Source: the human T2T-CHM13v2.0 reference genome, Homo sapiens. From it: a DNA stretch of 64,000 nucleotides. The notes beneath the pieces are model-generated. The model searched no databases and was not told the DNA's origin. It was given only the letters and a program-made list of their open reading frames with translations. Below are positions 59,336 through 64,000 of this stretch, piece after piece. The DNA is taken from the NCBI RefSeq assembly GCF_009914755.1, contig NC_060937.1. One strand, written 5' to 3'. How positions within the stretch are numbered: position 1 is the stretch's first letter; each line of letters begins with the position of its first letter. Made by a program: the position numbers and the translations under genes.

Positions 59336-61287
59336 TGTAGTATTTTTTTATGTTTTATACTCATTAGAAATAAATCTTGATATACGTATTCTTCTGCAAC
59401 TTTTCTTACTCAACACATTTTTGAAATTCATGCATGTTAATATATATAACACTAGCTCATGCATTTTCACTGCTGCATACTACTCTCTTATATGACTGTA
59501 ACATACTTCATGTATCTATTATTCTACAGATGAACATTTAAGATGTTTCCAGTTTGCTGTTGGGATTTTGTTTTGTAATTCAAAGAATGTTGCTATAAAC
59601 ATTCTTTGATCGTCTTTGCATTCCTGGGAAAAGCCCAATGTGGTCATGATGTACTTTTATTTTTATAAGTTACTCTATTTGACTTGAAACTTTACACAGG
59701 GACTTGCAGTCATGGGTGGCAGGTGGCCTTTTCCAAGAGTCAGGAACCTCCTTGAAGGGCCATGTATAATTCAAGGGTGGGTAGCATGACCAGCCTGTCA
59801 TGCTACCTGGCCCCCAACCCAAACCTCTCTGTGTTCCCATCCCCCTCAAAGACACCATTAACCCCTAGCCACAGAGCCCTGCTCACGTCTGGAACAGCCC
59901 TTCCCTCCCCAGGTAGGTCACTGCCTTGTGGCTGTGCCTGCCTCTCTTCCTATGTCTGTGTCTCAGTCATCTGCTGTAAAGCCCATATTTACCCAGTGTC
60001 TATGTTCACATCTCCACCCTGAGGGTGGCTGGAGAACATGTCTCCTACACAGCCAAGTGCTGCTGTGCATATGCATGTGAAGTCCAGCTGCCTGGGATGC
60101 CCCCTCTTTGAAGGCTCTGCAGCGATGACTGGGCTGGGGAAGCAAATGCTTGCTGGCCACAGAGCCTCATTGCAAGTTGTTCTTGAACACCTGAACCCTT
60201 CCTGGTGCCCACCAGGCACTATGACTTCCTCACCAGAATGTGGCTTTGCCTGGGTGCAGACAGAACCTGCTTGGGATGCTCTTGGCCAAGGGTATTGGGG
60301 GCTCTCTGGCCTTTTGCAACTGATCCAAAGACACCCAGAGCCAACTTACCTCAACCTCACCCTTATAGAAGACTCTTCTGTGTGCAGGCTGTCCTCACAC
60401 CCTGTCCTCACAGGAAAAGGCAGATTGAGGCTGCTGAGTCAGCCTAGTTCTACTGTTTACGCTTCTAAAATAAACAGGACTTGATCACACAAAAAAAAAA
60501 AAGAGAGAGAGAGAGAGAGCTCAATTTGGGAGAGACAGAGGTCCAACCTTATTGAGAGATGATGGGAAACCTGGATGAGAAGTACACTTCTTTAAGTGAA
60601 CATAAGGATTTGCAAGAAGAATAATTTGGCAAGGTGCTATTTTAAGATATTAATATGAGAGAGAGAGAGAGAGAAGCTATGTGCTTAATACTGTAAATAG
60701 GGCCTGCAACCAAAGAAACTCACTTCTTGATTCCTTGTTTTGTAGGAAACCCTAAACACTTAGGGAAAGGGAATTCACAGAGCACCTTGAGGAAACCTAA
60801 AGGAAGAAAGAAGCACGCAGGCTTAAAAGAAATGCTCCTGCCACTTCTGCCACTGCCCCCCACCAAGCCCACGCATGCCCCTCAGAGAGGTCAATAAACT
60901 CCAGGAAGGAAATGGCCGCATGAGGGGTCCAGACAGATGGGGCCACAGGCTGATGCACAGGAATTCCTTGCCTCAGGTGTGATATGGGAGCGACAGTCAC
61001 CAGGCATCCCAGCTACATCCTGTGTGTACTGCTTCTCCCTCGGGATTTTAAAATTTGCTCCTATCTGTCCAAAGACCAAATGGATGCCCCCGTGGCCAAT
61101 AGTACTTTGTTAAACCCCATGATTGTAGCCCAATGCTAAGGAAGGGGGGAACCCCCCAGGAACAAACATCATTATGTTTCTTATCTGACTGAACAGAAGT
61201 TCAGAGTTAGAAAATATGAAAAGGGGCTGGGCGCGGTGGCTCATGCCTGTAATCCCGGCACTTTGGGAGGCCGAGGCAGGCGGATCA

Positions 61288-61590
<303 letters not shown>

Positions 61591-62893
61591 TCATTAAGTG
61601 GTAAATTCTACTGTTCTGTCTTGTTAGCCCGAAGCTAAAGAATGCTGTTATTGCAAACTACAGACAACCCACTTGGTAGAAGGCAGCAACATCCTGAATC
61701 CTGGTCTTGCAAAGACATACCCAAGCAACAGCAGCGATCCACCCACCTCAGGACCCAGTTCTCAGCCTCTGTGTGGCTGGCTTTTAAAGCTAAGAAAAGC
61801 CAGTAGGAATGTAGAAATCCAGTGAGAAGAAAGCCATGGAGGCTTCTGAGCACTCTGTGAGTAGCTAGGAGCAACATGTTCCCAGGTCCTGAAACTTCCA
61901 TAGTAATAAGTCTGGCAGCGGTGGAGTCATGCTGGGGATGGAGCATGTGAGCTTGAGATACCTTACAAGGCAATAATAATCATCGTATTAGGCCTCAGCG
62001 CATTTCCCATAGGGGCCCCTGTGGGCTTGTGTGGCAGCGACATTTGACATAACCATTATGAATTTTTGGATGCATATGGAAGATGCTGGTGGTTCTATTT
62101 TGTTAAAGAAACATGGAAATAAATTCATCTCAGAGAAAAGATCAAATCATGAAGTTACACAGAAAAAGGAATGGATCAGAATGTTCCCGTGTTGTGCTTG
62201 GTGCTGGTTCCTGAGGTTAATAGTTAAATTGTCTTTTAAAGCCATTTCCTTTCTTCTCCCTATTTTTAACTAATTCCATCCAACCATCTAGCTCAGACTC
62301 AGGACTGTTAACCTGGAAAAGAGGGGAAATGCAGAGGTCTCCTTGGTAACTATGTCTGTTCCCGGGCTGGAGCTGCTACCTCCGGTGGATCTGAGCAGAG
62401 TGCTTCTGAATCACTCTTATTGCTCAGCTCCCAGCAGCTTTGCCTGGGGGCATCAAGAAAGGTTTAGAAAGATGAGCACCAAACACCCCTATGTTGAGAG
62501 GACTATCTATGCCTTGGTGACACAGCCCTGCTTCTCCCTCAGGATTTTAAAATTTGCTCCTATCTGTTGCAAATCTGCCTTTCTTTCTACTGTATCCTCA
62601 AATCTATACTTAGATCATCAGAAACATTTTTTTGAAATAAAATAGCACCCTTTAACCCAGAAATTCCCACCTGGGAATCTGGCCCAAACAAATTAATCCA
62701 CAAGATAATAAAAGCTGTATGCATGAAGATGTTCATTGCAGAATTTTTTATACCTGTGACAGAGACAGGTTAAATGACAGGAAGATGATTATGTGAATTG
62801 TGGTATATCCAGGCAATATATTATTACATTCAACAAAAGTATAACTAACACTGTGGCAACAGAGAACAACATGTCTTACAATCTTAAGTTTTA

Positions 62894-64000
<1,107 letters not shown>

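Overview
Human genomic DNA (an AluYb8 and a young SVA point to Homo sapiens), recognisable as the SAP18-SKA3-MRPL57 locus (13q12, from recall). It contains the last two coding exons and 3' UTR of SAP18 (+) and the complete 9-exon SKA3 gene (-). I traced every SKA3 splice junction; they join into a 412-codon ORF whose stop codon is split across the last intron. MRPL57 (+; 102 aa) lies head-to-head with SKA3 on a CpG-island bidirectional promoter carrying CHR, NRF1 and TCTCGCGAGA motifs. The rest is repeat-dense: dozens of Alus, a full-length SVA, L1PA/L1PB/L1M fragments, a complete MST (MaLR) element with a nested THE1 LTR, solo LTRs, Tigger/MER DNA transposons and simple repeats. Most listed ORFs are repeat-derived or GC-bias artefacts. 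I found no evidence of a novel protein-coding system. The most interesting unexplained signals are structural: a 40-bp direct repeat bracketing a ~1.46-kb segment, four copies of one 15-bp target site in an Alu stack, two Alus 6.4 kb apart sharing rare substitutions, an old L1-like fragment captured inside an Alu, and several splice/stop-codon quirks. Repeat subfamily names come from recalled consensus sequences, not a search.
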